Below are positions 54,260 to 64,000 of a DNA stretch of 64,000 bases, piece after piece. Origin of the DNA: Okeania sp. SIO2F5 (GTDB taxonomy: Bacteria > Cyanobacteriota > Cyanobacteriia > Cyanobacteriales > Microcoleaceae). The DNA lies in NCBI RefSeq assembly GCF_010692685.1, contig NZ_JAAHGU010000008.1, positions 41,619 to 105,618 on the forward strand. The letters are read 5' to 3'. The notes under the pieces are model-generated. The model searched no databases and had not been told where the DNA came from. It was given only the letters and a program-made list of their open reading frames with translations. The first letter of the stretch is position 1. Every line of letters starts with the position of its first letter. Made by a program: the position numbers and the translations under genes.

Positions 54260-54718
54260 TTTAACTTAATTTTTGTGAGTTTTGACTAATTTTACATTTT
54301 ACCGGAATTTGTGAATTAGTAGTTAAGCAATACCCAATGTAACTAAATTTTTTGACAAACACAAATAAAATTTTAGGCCACCAACCTGTTAATAATTTTA
54401 TTTACTGAATGAGGACTATCTAAACCGGATAATCATGGGTAGGTAGTTGAAACATAGTTTTTGTTCTTTCATAATCTATAGAATTAATTTAGGTCTTAAC
54501 TTTACATACCCTTCTCTTCGTAAACCCACTTTAATAGCTTTTTACTCAACCCCTTTTGGGGATTTTAGTATTACTCACTCTCCACAATTATTGGCTTTTT
54601 TTTTAGTATTAAAAATCGGTATAAAAGAAGATTATATTCATAAATTATTAGTTAAATATCCTGATTGTATCTTTAATATTCGTATCAGATAATAGACACT
54701 ATCACACGGATTTGACCT

Positions 54719-54970
54719 ATGCAAAGTTATACAGCGATTATTCTTTCTGTTTTATTATTACTAAGTAATACTCCTAGTAGCAAAGCTTTAGTAATTGAAA
54801 ATGAAGTGGCATTTTCTTCTATATTTTTCAGAGGATCTGCTAAAATTAAAACTTGTGACGATCCTCCCAAAAAGGGAAAGACACGAGCTTTTGTAAACAC
54901 AATTAGTACTTCTGATTCTGATTGTGAGGTTGAAAATGACAAACGTCCTCATCGTGGTAGTGGACGCTGA
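54719..54970 (+). CDS. patX: PatX-like small secreted protein ending in HRGSGR, immediately upstream of hetR.
   Basis: Signal peptide or hydrophobic N-terminus, a Pro/Lys-rich middle, and the C-terminal pentapeptide RGSGR (the PatS/HetN inhibitor motif). It has the conserved position 5' of hetR. Confidence 0.65.
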   Translation: MQSYTAIILSVLLLLSNTPSSKALVIENEVAFSSIFFRGSAKIKTCDDPPKKGKTRAFVNTISTSDSDCEVENDKRPHRGSGR

Positions 54971-55496
54971 AGCTTATCAAAATGTCTCTTGCTGTATTAA
55001 GTTTTAATTCTTAATTACATCTTTGTTAAAGTTACTTAAGGCTTTGGTTTTACGATCTTAACTCTCTGAAAATTTGTCAAAAATTCTCTTGTTAATTAAC
55101 GAGAGAATTTGATTGTTTAATATCGTAGTAAGCTATGGGGTATTTAAACTATATAACTTCAGACCTTTAAGTGTTAACAGAGAACATCAAATCTCAATGC
55201 ATTATTAACCTTAGTAACCATTGATACTACTGCTATTTAAGTGTTATCTATAGTACTTTTGTATGTTATATTGATATAAATATGCATGTCAGTCAAAAGT
55301 ACACAGGGTGTAAAAATCTACTAAGATAACAATCTATTCGCACACTTAATTTGCGTGCCTGCTCTTACGCCAAATGCAAAAAGTCTCAAAGAAATATACT
55401 TGCTTGGTGCAAGAGTTATATTTGGCTGAATTTCTATTATTGAATTATCATCATAGTCAGCATATTTTTAATAGAGGATGATACTATGCCTCTTAA

Positions 55497-56420
<924 letters not shown>

Positions 56421-57191
56421 TCTAATTACTTGTAAATTCCGATCATTGAGGAGTTAGAAGTTTTCTAGCTCCTGATTTAATTTAATTTTAAAGTGAAGGT
56501 TGGTAATTTGTAATTTGTAATTAGCAAACTTCTCAAATAGCTTCACTGTAAAATTATTCAGATAAATTTTCATTACTTAGCAAAATTTTCTATAGTCTCC
56601 TTCAGCATATTCTAGTAAATCTTCCCTAGTCATCCTACTAACTTTCCGCAAATCAATACTTTTTCCACTCCTAAAAATTATTGTCGCTCTTGTTCCTATA
56701 ATTTTTCTTGAATATCAACCACGAGATAATTCCGTTTATCTTTTCCCCAGTGAATTTCAGCTTCATTCTTTCACTTTTAAACATTTGATTTTCCATCCAT
56801 TTATCATCCCATTGGTAAGGATGCCAATAGTCTTTAACTAGCTATCAGCATTTTAGCACTAAGCTTTCAGCACGCTAAAAGCTTGAGTTTACAGCAGCTT
56901 CGGAGTTAGTGAGGTACAAAGTTTGATCGCTTTAGTAAATATAAATCTCCAGAAAAGGTTCTTAAACCTTTATAGTACTGTTCCAAAATCGGTATTTTTG
57001 GAGAGGTCTAATAGGGAAGATAGATTTAGTCTTCAATTGTACCTCACAATCCTCAAAAGTGCTGTAAATCCCCGACTTCTATAAGTCGTTTAATTTTACA
57101 GAGGGGTTGTCCCTTCTAAAAAGCTGACTACTAAATGCCAATCAGCTGTTTGCGCAGCATTCTGTCAGGAAACGCTTTTTAAGTGCTTTAA

Positions 57192-57449
57192 TTAAAAAAA
57201 TATTTGTGCATCAAAATCTTCTCCATTATTTTGTTTCCAATACCAATAAGAGATCGTAGTCCTCAAAGCATCTTCCAAATCCTGATAACAGTAATAAATT
57301 GCTTCTTCTACTTCTGAATTTAAAAAATCTACACCTATGTTAGTCAAAGCAGAAGCATACTTTTTAATTATTTCTTGGATACCTTCATCTAAATTGCAAA
57401 TAAAGCAAAATTTTGCCTCCATTTTATAAACCAGATAATTAATTTGCAC
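57192..57449 (-). CDS. Hypothetical small protein.
   Basis: 85-aa ORF with no recognisable motif. Its coding status is uncertain. Confidence 0.3.
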   Translation of the reverse strand: MQINYLVYKMEAKFCFICNLDEGIQEIIKKYASALTNIGVDFLNSEVEEAIYYCYQDLEDALRTTISYWYWKQNNGEDFDAQIFF

Positions 57450-57740
57450 AACTAAAAGGGCAGATTTTAAGTATTATTTTCCCCTCTTAATTGGCATCCA
57501 ATTATTTGATATTATTTTGTACTTTTTATTTTGGGTTTAATATCAAATCCGATAGCATCGGTGCTATTCAGTGTTAAATATATGTACGGGTGAACGGCCG
57601 TTCACCCCTACTCCCATACTCAATAAAATGTAGAAAAATTTTTGATAAATTGTATATTAATTCCGGTCTAGACGGTGTTGACAATTAGTTGAGGTTTGTA
57701 GACAAGAAGTAGCTTGTTGAAGACTATCCCCATCCACTTT

Positions 57741-57790
57741 TTTCTTCTTCCTTCTTCCTTCTTCCTTCTTCCTTTTTTCTTCCTTCTTCA
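57741..57790. repeat. STRR array TTCCTTC x6.
   Basis: Read directly. Confidence 0.8.
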
Positions 57791-57796
57791 AGACTT

Positions 57797-58000
57797 AATT
57801 AGGGTTTGCTGAAAAAGTCTGTTTTAAGGAGTAGGGGAGCGGGGGAGTAGGGAAGTAGGGGAGTAATTTTTGGGCTACTCTCCTGCCCAAAATGCTGACT
57901 TTTTGAGCATAAAGAGCTAAAAACTAGGTACTTTTTCCAGAGCTAAAAAGGCTAAAACTTTTATCTATAAATGCTTTGATATTTAATCAGCAAGACTTAA
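57797..58000 (-). mobile_element. MITE family A copy 6, abutting the stop codon of the substrate-binding protein gene.
   Basis: TIRs AATTAGGGTTTGCTGA / TCAGCAAGACTTAATT. The element ends at 58000 and the gene stop codon is at 58001-58003. Confidence 0.65.
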
Positions 58001-59791
58001 TTACTCATTCTCAGGTGATGGAGAAACTTCTACTTCTTGCTCATTTATTGGTGAAGAAATAGACTCTTGATCCTGTTGACTTTCTTCTGTGATAACTGGC
58101 TGTTCTGATTCTTCTTTTTCCGAACTTACAGGAGACTCAACTGCTTCTTTTTCTTCTATAGTATTAGAAAATTTTACATCATTAAATAAAGGTCGATTAA
58201 AAGCACCTATCTTAAAACCTTCAACATCTGAACTACTAACATAATTCCACATCCAACCAGGACTATAAAGTGGCATCATCACTGCATTTTTCAACAAATA
58301 TTTCTGAACTTCTATAACTTTTTCTTGTCGTTCTTCTAAATTAGTTGTAGTTCGCATTTCTGTTAGTAATGTATCCAGTTCATCACTTTGATAACCCCCC
58401 ATCCAACCAGGAGAATGCCACAATGTATAAAGAAAATCTGGGTCATACCAAGACCACCCCATCATATCAATAACACCATTACCTTCTGTTTGACTATTTT
58501 CCTGTTTTATTCTGGCATTAAGAGTACCAATATCCATTGTTTCTAACTTAGTTTTGATTCCTACTTCTTCTAGTTGAGTTTGAAGGTTTTCTATTACTTT
58601 TTGACGGTTTCCTCCTTTCCAGGTTAAAAGAGTTATTTCTAATGGTTGATTCTCACTATAACCAAGTTCCTCTAATAAAATTTTTGCTTCTTCTGGATTT
58701 GGTTTAATACTAAACTCGGAACAAAGTTTTTCATCACTAGGAAACATCACATCTGCGATCGCGCATTCGGAAGGTTTAACTAAACCTGCAAATACTTCCT
58801 CCGTTGCTTTTTTGGGATCTATGGCATAAGTTACTGCTTGTCTTGCTCTATCATCATCAAAGGGAGGTCGAGAAGTAACGAACTCTAAAAATACTATTTG
58901 ACCAGTATTTTCAGCAGTATGAAGTTTGAATTTTAAGTCTTCCTTGAGAGCAGAAATTTCTTCTAGTGGGGGTTCAGTTAAATGAATTTCTCCAGACTTG
59001 AGTGCTGCTAAACGTGCTTCCCTTTCTGGCATAGTTTTAATTATCAATTTTTTGATGTAGGGAGTACCAGAGTTTTCTACTTGTCGCCCATAATTTTTGT
59101 AGTCTGGGTTGGCCTCTAGTACAAGTTGTTCCCCTTGAGTCCACTCAGTAAATTTGAATGGACCTGTACCTATTGCTCCTTCTATGCCAAATTTGTTGTT
59201 ATAGGTTTGAATAGCAGAAGGACATATCATGCTGGAGTAAGGATCGGCGAGAAAGCGGAGAAAGGGGCTAAAAGCTTGAGACATTTTGACTGTAACTGTG
59301 AGGTCGTCTACAACTTCGACAGTTTCTATCGGTCCCCAACTGTCTTTGGTGTAGTTTTCTGTCTCAGGGTTGATCGCTCTGTCAATAGTAAATTTGACCG
59401 CTTTAGCATCAAAGATTGTGCCGTCATGGCATTTGATATTTTCGTTGAGTGTAAAGGTATATTCTTGGCCATTATTGCTGACTGACCATTCTTTGGCTAG
59501 GTTTGGTTGAATTTTACCTTGGTCATCGAAGGCCAAAAGTGTTTCGTAGATTTGATCGATTATTTGTCTAGATAAGGGTGATGTTGATTTGTGGGGATCG
59601 AGGGTGTCAGAGTCACTGTAGCGTGCCCAAACAAGGGTACCTGGTTCGGGGGTTGTTGGTGTTTCTGAGTTTCTGGTGGTTTGAGTGTTGTTGCAGGCGA
59701 TCGCTAAGGTGGCAACTATTGATGCTACTGCTATGAAACGCCAAATTTTTTGATGAGTTAGTTTCTTGAAAAAATTCTTTAGGGAAAACAT
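58001..59791 (-). CDS. ABC transporter substrate-binding lipoprotein, family 5 (peptide/nickel type), with an acidic Ser/Glu-rich C-terminal tail.
   Basis: Lipobox LAIAC and SBP_bac_5-like length and blocks. The last ~50 aa are low-complexity E/S/P. Confidence 0.8.
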   Translation of the reverse strand: MFSLKNFFKKLTHQKIWRFIAVASIVATLAIACNNTQTTRNSETPTTPEPGTLVWARYSDSDTLDPHKSTSPLSRQIIDQIYETLLAFDDQGKIQPNLAKEWSVSNNGQEYTFTLNENIKCHDGTIFDAKAVKFTIDRAINPETENYTKDSWGPIETVEVVDDLTVTVKMSQAFSPFLRFLADPYSSMICPSAIQTYNNKFGIEGAIGTGPFKFTEWTQGEQLVLEANPDYKNYGRQVENSGTPYIKKLIIKTMPEREARLAALKSGEIHLTEPPLEEISALKEDLKFKLHTAENTGQIVFLEFVTSRPPFDDDRARQAVTYAIDPKKATEEVFAGLVKPSECAIADVMFPSDEKLCSEFSIKPNPEEAKILLEELGYSENQPLEITLLTWKGGNRQKVIENLQTQLEEVGIKTKLETMDIGTLNARIKQENSQTEGNGVIDMMGWSWYDPDFLYTLWHSPGWMGGYQSDELDTLLTEMRTTTNLEERQEKVIEVQKYLLKNAVMMPLYSPGWMWNYVSSSDVEGFKIGAFNRPLFNDVKFSNTIEEKEAVESPVSSEKEESEQPVITEESQQDQESISSPINEQEVEVSPSPENE

Positions 59792-60059
59792 TATTAGAAT
59801 ATTAATTTTCTTTTAATTTAGCGAGCAAAATTTATAATCACATCACAAAATGTGCTGTATATTTTTTGATTTTTAGTTAAACTTTTAGACTTGACTATAG
59901 CAAGGAACGAGTTGGCATTTGACTTATGTTGATGATGAATCTTAGACAGAGAAATTCTTTTCTATTGCCTGTTACCGAAAAATTAATAATTAATAATTAT
60001 TAATTAAATAATTCAGCTTACTCTGTCTCCCCTTTCAAGGGGAAAAAAGCGGTCGAGGG

Positions 60060-60170
60060 ATGGCGAGGAGACCTCGCCATATCCAATCGACCAAGAGAAG
60101 AAATAATATTTCCTGATATTCCATTCCGTAACGGTTTTAACCAGAGGTAATTATCCATTATCCATTAATG
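60060..60170 (+). repeat. SDR family E copy (CCAAGAGAAGAAATAATATTTCCTGATATTC...ACGGTTTTAACCAGAGGTAATTATCCATTATC). It forms an inverted pair with 63890-64000.
   Basis: The reverse complement of 63898-64000 aligns over ~90 bp. A partial third copy is at 13880-13930. Confidence 0.6.
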
Positions 60171-60256
60171 AACTGTTCCCTGTTCCCTGTTATACAATGG
60201 GTTAAGTTTTGTTAAAATATCAAATGTAAACTTCATTAATAATATTAGGTAAAACT

Positions 60257-60736
60257 TTGTTAGACGAACAGGCGAAGAAAACAATATTGCGTAAGATTCC
60301 TCACGGATTATACATCTGTGGTGTTAAAGATGGTGAGGAAGTTAATGGTTTTACGGCCAGTTGGGTAATGCAAGCATCTTTTGCGCCTCCCCTAGTTGTT
60401 AATTGTGTAAACAAAGATTCTATATCCCATGCCATGATTAAGGCTAGTGGAGTATTTTCTCTGAGCTTTTTAGCAGCAGGACAAAAAGATTTAGCTCAAC
60501 AATTTTTCAAACCTCAACGTCGTGTGGGAAATAAATTTGAGGATATAGAATTTTATCTGGGAGAAACTGGATGTCCAATTATTTCAGATACTCTTGGTTA
60601 TGTGGAATGTAAAGTTGTTGGTGCTGTAGAAGAGGGCGACCATACTGTATATGTAGGAGAAGTAATTGCTGCAGGTGTACATCGTGAGGGAGACCCTCTA
60701 TTGTTAGAAAGTACAGGTTGGAATTATGGTGGTTAA
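60257..60736 (+). CDS. Flavin reductase-like (FMN-binding split-barrel) protein.
   Basis: Flavin_Reduct pattern (GLYICGVKDGEEVNGFTASWVMQASFAPPLVV). Confidence 0.75.
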   Translation: MLDEQAKKTILRKIPHGLYICGVKDGEEVNGFTASWVMQASFAPPLVVNCVNKDSISHAMIKASGVFSLSFLAAGQKDLAQQFFKPQRRVGNKFEDIEFYLGETGCPIISDTLGYVECKVVGAVEEGDHTVYVGEVIAAGVHREGDPLLLESTGWNYGG

Positions 60737-60744
60737 TTGTCATA

Positions 60745-60842
60745 TATCAGGACTTACGCAAGTTTACCTTGAAAACGCCATATGTAGGGGCGAATGGCAT
60801 TGGCCTTCTCAATTTATTGTCCGTGCGTAAGTCCTGATATAT
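60745..60842. repeat. Family D palindromic element (ATATCAGGACTTACGCAAG ... CGTGCGTAAGTCCTGATAT) with an inner GTAGGGGCGAATGGCATTGGCC palindrome remnant.
   Basis: Read directly. Confidence 0.6.
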
Positions 60843-60961
60843 TAATTAGCACTCAGCAATCGGCTTTTTGATGTTTATGAGTGCTATATAGATATAGTTT
60901 TGATGAATAGCTCTTTAGCTCATATCTACTAGATTAAGCTATAACCATTTTTTTTTGTTAA

Positions 60962-61198
60962 TTATTGCTTTGCCGATTAAATCTAAAAGCATTGACATAT
61001 AAAGACAAGTGCCTTTTTGGGGTCTTTCAAAAGTGCAAAAGTTTCAGCTCTTCATGCTCAAAAATTTGATATTTTAGGCGCATAGTTGGGCAGAAAAATC
61101 ATTCTTGCAATTCTTACTCCTACCTCCTCTAAATTCTCCTGTCTCCTGTCTCCTGTCTCCTAACCCCTACTAAAAGACTTTTTCAGCAAACCCTAATT
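60962..61198 (+). mobile_element. MITE family A copy 7. Its right TIR ends 12 bp before the MIF-like gene start.
   Basis: Core and right TIR TCAGCAAACCCTAATT. The left TIR is degraded. The internal cassette is TCTCCTG x3. Confidence 0.6.
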
Positions 61199-61210
61199 AT
61201 TGATTGATTT

Positions 61211-61567
61211 ATGCCACTAATTAAAGTTCAAACTTCTGTTTCTCAACCAGAAAAAGATAAAATTGACAGCCTCTTAAAAAACCTTTCCTCTGGCATGGCG
61301 AAGCATTTTGGCAAACCAGAATCTTATGTAATGACTACTTTTGAATCAGATATTCCTATGACTTTTGCTGGTAGTAGTGATGAACCTGTCTGCTACATGG
61401 AGATTAAGAGTATTGGTAGTATGAACCCTCAGCAAACAAAGGGGATAAGTCAAGATTTTTGTCAACAAATTAATCAGGCTTTAGGCGTACCAAAAAATCG
61501 AATTTATATAGAATTTTCTGATGCTAAAGGTTCGATGTGGGGCTGGAATAGTTCCACATTTGGTTGA
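61211..61567 (+). CDS. Macrophage migration inhibitory factor (MIF)/tautomerase-superfamily protein.
   Basis: Begins MP (catalytic Pro-1). MTFAGSSDEPVCYMEIKSIG and the C-terminal WGWNSSTFG are close to eukaryotic MIF. Confidence 0.85.
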   Translation: MPLIKVQTSVSQPEKDKIDSLLKNLSSGMAKHFGKPESYVMTTFESDIPMTFAGSSDEPVCYMEIKSIGSMNPQQTKGISQDFCQQINQALGVPKNRIYIEFSDAKGSMWGWNSSTFG

Positions 61568-61774
61568 ATTTTCTACCTTTTTTCAGAGAATTATATAGGG
61601 TAGTTTTAACTAATAATTTAGTCACTCTAAATTATTAATAACTATTGTTAAAACTGCCTTTGTCAAAATATTAAAAATCCGGTTATACTTTTTTGATAAA
61701 TTTTTACTACAAATATTTCAGTTATTACTAGGAGTCAGGAGTCAGGAGGAATAGTTTTTCAGCATTTATTTATA

Positions 61775-61885
61775 TTATGTCCGCATTTGTTAGTAATCAA
61801 AAACATCATCTTCTGACTTCAACGGTAAATCTCTCCATACTCCCTGCTCCGGTGCTCCCTTATTTATAAGTATTTAACCGCACAT
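61775..61885. mobile_element. Diverged MITE family B-like copy (ATATTATGTCCGC ... GCACATAATAT).
   Basis: Co-varying inverted termini. The inner structure is similar, with CTCCCTGCTCC heptamer-like repeats. Confidence 0.35.
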
Positions 61886-62660
61886 AATATTATTGAGTTG
61901 AAGCTTGATTTTTAGTCAAAGAGAAATTATGGGTAAAGTCTAGAAATATAGTAATTTCAAATAAGAATGAAATACTTTTTCAGCTAAAAGTCTTTCAATG
62001 GAAGAAACGCTTGTCTCAATCTAAAATTGAAATGACTATAACTCAAATTCTGCGTAACATTATTTTTTGATCGATGGTATTAATGTCAAGAGATTTTTGA
62101 AATCAACTCAATAGGACTACAAAATAGTATTACTTTGACTAAATAGCATTGTAAAGCTTCGCCAAAATTAAAAAAATATCTATAGCACTACCCATTAAGA
62201 CTAGGACAGTTAAAAAACTTCAAAACATTACAGTTAAAAGTTTTTGCTCTAGCTGATAGCTGATACTAAATCCGGTTTAGAAAGAACCGTTATAGCGCTG
62301 CGCGCAGGTAACAGCTCATTTGGAACTCATTTGGGGGAATAAAAAGCTGATAATATAAGATTTTAGCTATTGGACACTTCCTGCAATTTGTAAATATGCC
62401 AGCGCACATTGCTATATTATGAAGGTAAGGCAGTTATGCTGAGGGCAGAATGCAGAAGGGTTAGAGAGTAAGAGCGAAAAACGGACTTTTGATAACCGGA
62501 TTTGGTATGATAACTGAATGCTTATAGCTGAATGCTTATAGCTATATCTTGAATTTATTTCAGTGTAAAAATCCGCCTAAATCAATCAACAAGGCGGAGT
62601 AATTAATTCAAGAAATAATACTTATATTGAATAATTCCTCTAGGAATTTATGGAAATACT

Positions 62661-63764
62661 TTAACTTACTTTTAACATGGAAGTATTCAATAAATTACAT
62701 TCTGAATCTTCTGAATGCCAAGCTAAACCATCAAAGGCAATTTTCTCAATCAAACTAGCTAACCGTAATGCTTTAAGAGCTTGTTCTCCTCCAACTGAAG
62801 GTTGATTTCCTCCACCCACACAATGAATAAAATGCTCTAACTCTGCATGAAGAGGTTCAATATTGCTAGTATAAACCTTTTCAATTAAACCATCCTGACG
62901 ATAAAGAACCTGACCATAATCTGTCACATAATCTGCTGTTGTTTGCCGATGAATCAGAATTTCATTATTCAGAAAATCTGCTTCTGTCAAAGAATTTTTA
63001 CAGTGAGCAACAATAGAACGTAATTTTTTATGTGTCACCTTACTAGCAGTTAAAGTCGCTACAATACCATTGGCAAAACCAAGAGTAGCTGTTACATAAT
63101 CTAAATTTCCAGAACTAGAAACACTACTTCCACTAGCAGTTAGTTTGACAACTGGAGAAGCAACTAAATCTAGTAACAAATCAATATCATGGATCATTAA
63201 GTCCAAAACTACAGACACATCATTAGCTCGATGAGAATAAGGACTCATCCGATGAGCTTCTAAGGCCAATAAATCTTCAGTTTTTAGGACTTTAGTAAGT
63301 TCTTGAAAAGCAGGATTAAATCTTTCTATGTGACCCACTTGTAAAATTCGGTTAGCTTCAGCAGCAGTATTTACCAAAAATTCGGCCTCGGCGATACTAG
63401 CAGCAATAGGCTTTTCCATTAAGACATGGACTCCTGCTTCTAAGCAAGTCATTCCTACAGCGTAATGCTGAAGAGTGGGAACTGCTACACATACAGCATC
63501 AACGTGAGGTAAAAGGTCTTTGTAATCCTCAAAAAAACGAACTTGATATTTACTGGCAGTGTCGAGTCCTCTTTCTACATTAATATCTGCTACACCGACT
63601 AATTCTGTATCTTTGAGCAAATTTAGGACGCGGGTATGATGCTGTCCCATATTACCAACCCCAATAACTCCTACACGAAGAGATTCTGGTTGACTATGTT
63701 TAGTAAAAACGGATGAATATACTTTAGACATTCTATTTAGCACTCCTAGATTCTCCTCCACCAC
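62661..63764 (-). CDS. Gfo/Idh/MocA-family NAD(P)-dependent oxidoreductase.
   Basis: N-terminal Rossmann motif VGVIGVGNMGQHH and the C-terminal alpha/beta domain. Confidence 0.85.
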   Translation of the reverse strand: MVEENLGVLNRMSKVYSSVFTKHSQPESLRVGVIGVGNMGQHHTRVLNLLKDTELVGVADINVERGLDTASKYQVRFFEDYKDLLPHVDAVCVAVPTLQHYAVGMTCLEAGVHVLMEKPIAASIAEAEFLVNTAAEANRILQVGHIERFNPAFQELTKVLKTEDLLALEAHRMSPYSHRANDVSVVLDLMIHDIDLLLDLVASPVVKLTASGSSVSSSGNLDYVTATLGFANGIVATLTASKVTHKKLRSIVAHCKNSLTEADFLNNEILIHRQTTADYVTDYGQVLYRQDGLIEKVYTSNIEPLHAELEHFIHCVGGGNQPSVGGEQALKALRLASLIEKIAFDGLAWHSEDSECNLLNTSMLKVS

Positions 63765-63889
63765 ACCTAATTTAGAGTAAGGTAATAGGTTTTTTGTTCA
63801 GTCTTTGCAAATTTATCTTATATTTGCTGACTGGGGCTAGTGCTATAACATTCTAAGTAGGTGGCGTTAAAAATTATTGTGATGAAAAA

Positions 63890-64000
63890 GTAGGTAGGGA
63901 ATCTGTCCTATTGGCGACGTTCATCAATTGATAATGGATAATTACCTCTGGTTAAAACCGTCCTTGATTGAATATCAGGAAATATTATTTCTTCTCTTGG
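63890..64000 (-). repeat. SDR family E copy, inverted partner of 60060-60170. It is cut by the window end.
   Basis: See 60060-60170. Confidence 0.55.

Noticed and set aside
54727-54942. 71-aa minus-strand ORF.
   Set aside because: Antisense to the patX-like gene, whose RGSGR terminus and position upstream of hetR favour the plus strand.
56690-56860. Minus-strand peptide …KDYWHPYQWDDKWMENQMFKSERMKLKFTGEKINGIISWLIFKKNYRNKSDNNF downstream of hetR.
   Set aside because: No in-frame start giving >45 aa and no recognisable motif. Kept only as a note.

Overview
This 64-kb window looks like chromosomal DNA from a filamentous, heterocyst-forming cyanobacterium (Nostocales). The evidence is the patX-hetR pair at 54.7-56.4 kb, frequent HIP1 octamers (GCGATCGC), STRR heptamer arrays and very AT-rich intergenic DNA. 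Housekeeping genes (murD, glyS, ispH, amt, purE, nagA, ilvB, glnB, glgC, cysC, a dnaJ-type gene, a Wzc/Wza exopolysaccharide export pair) sit among accessory material. The accessory material includes a decayed type II restriction-modification pair at the left edge, a tnpB-only IS200/IS605 element, and at least four families of miniature inverted-repeat elements. Family A alone has 7 copies, several nested into other repeats or abutting gene ends. The most unusual block is 24-40 kb. It holds two giant membrane-anchored 14-blade WD40 proteins that share a C-terminal chassis but carry different N-terminal heads: an AAA-like NTPase in one, three tandem TIR domains with intact catalytic-Glu motifs in the other. 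Convergently placed next to them are a small multi-pass membrane protein and a RyR-domain/TPR/Rossmann-like/class-III nucleotidyl cyclase protein. Together these form a candidate, apparently undescribed, nucleotide-second-messenger system. No rRNA, tRNA or CRISPR array was found. All domain calls come from reading the ORF translations by eye (motif recognition), not from database searches.
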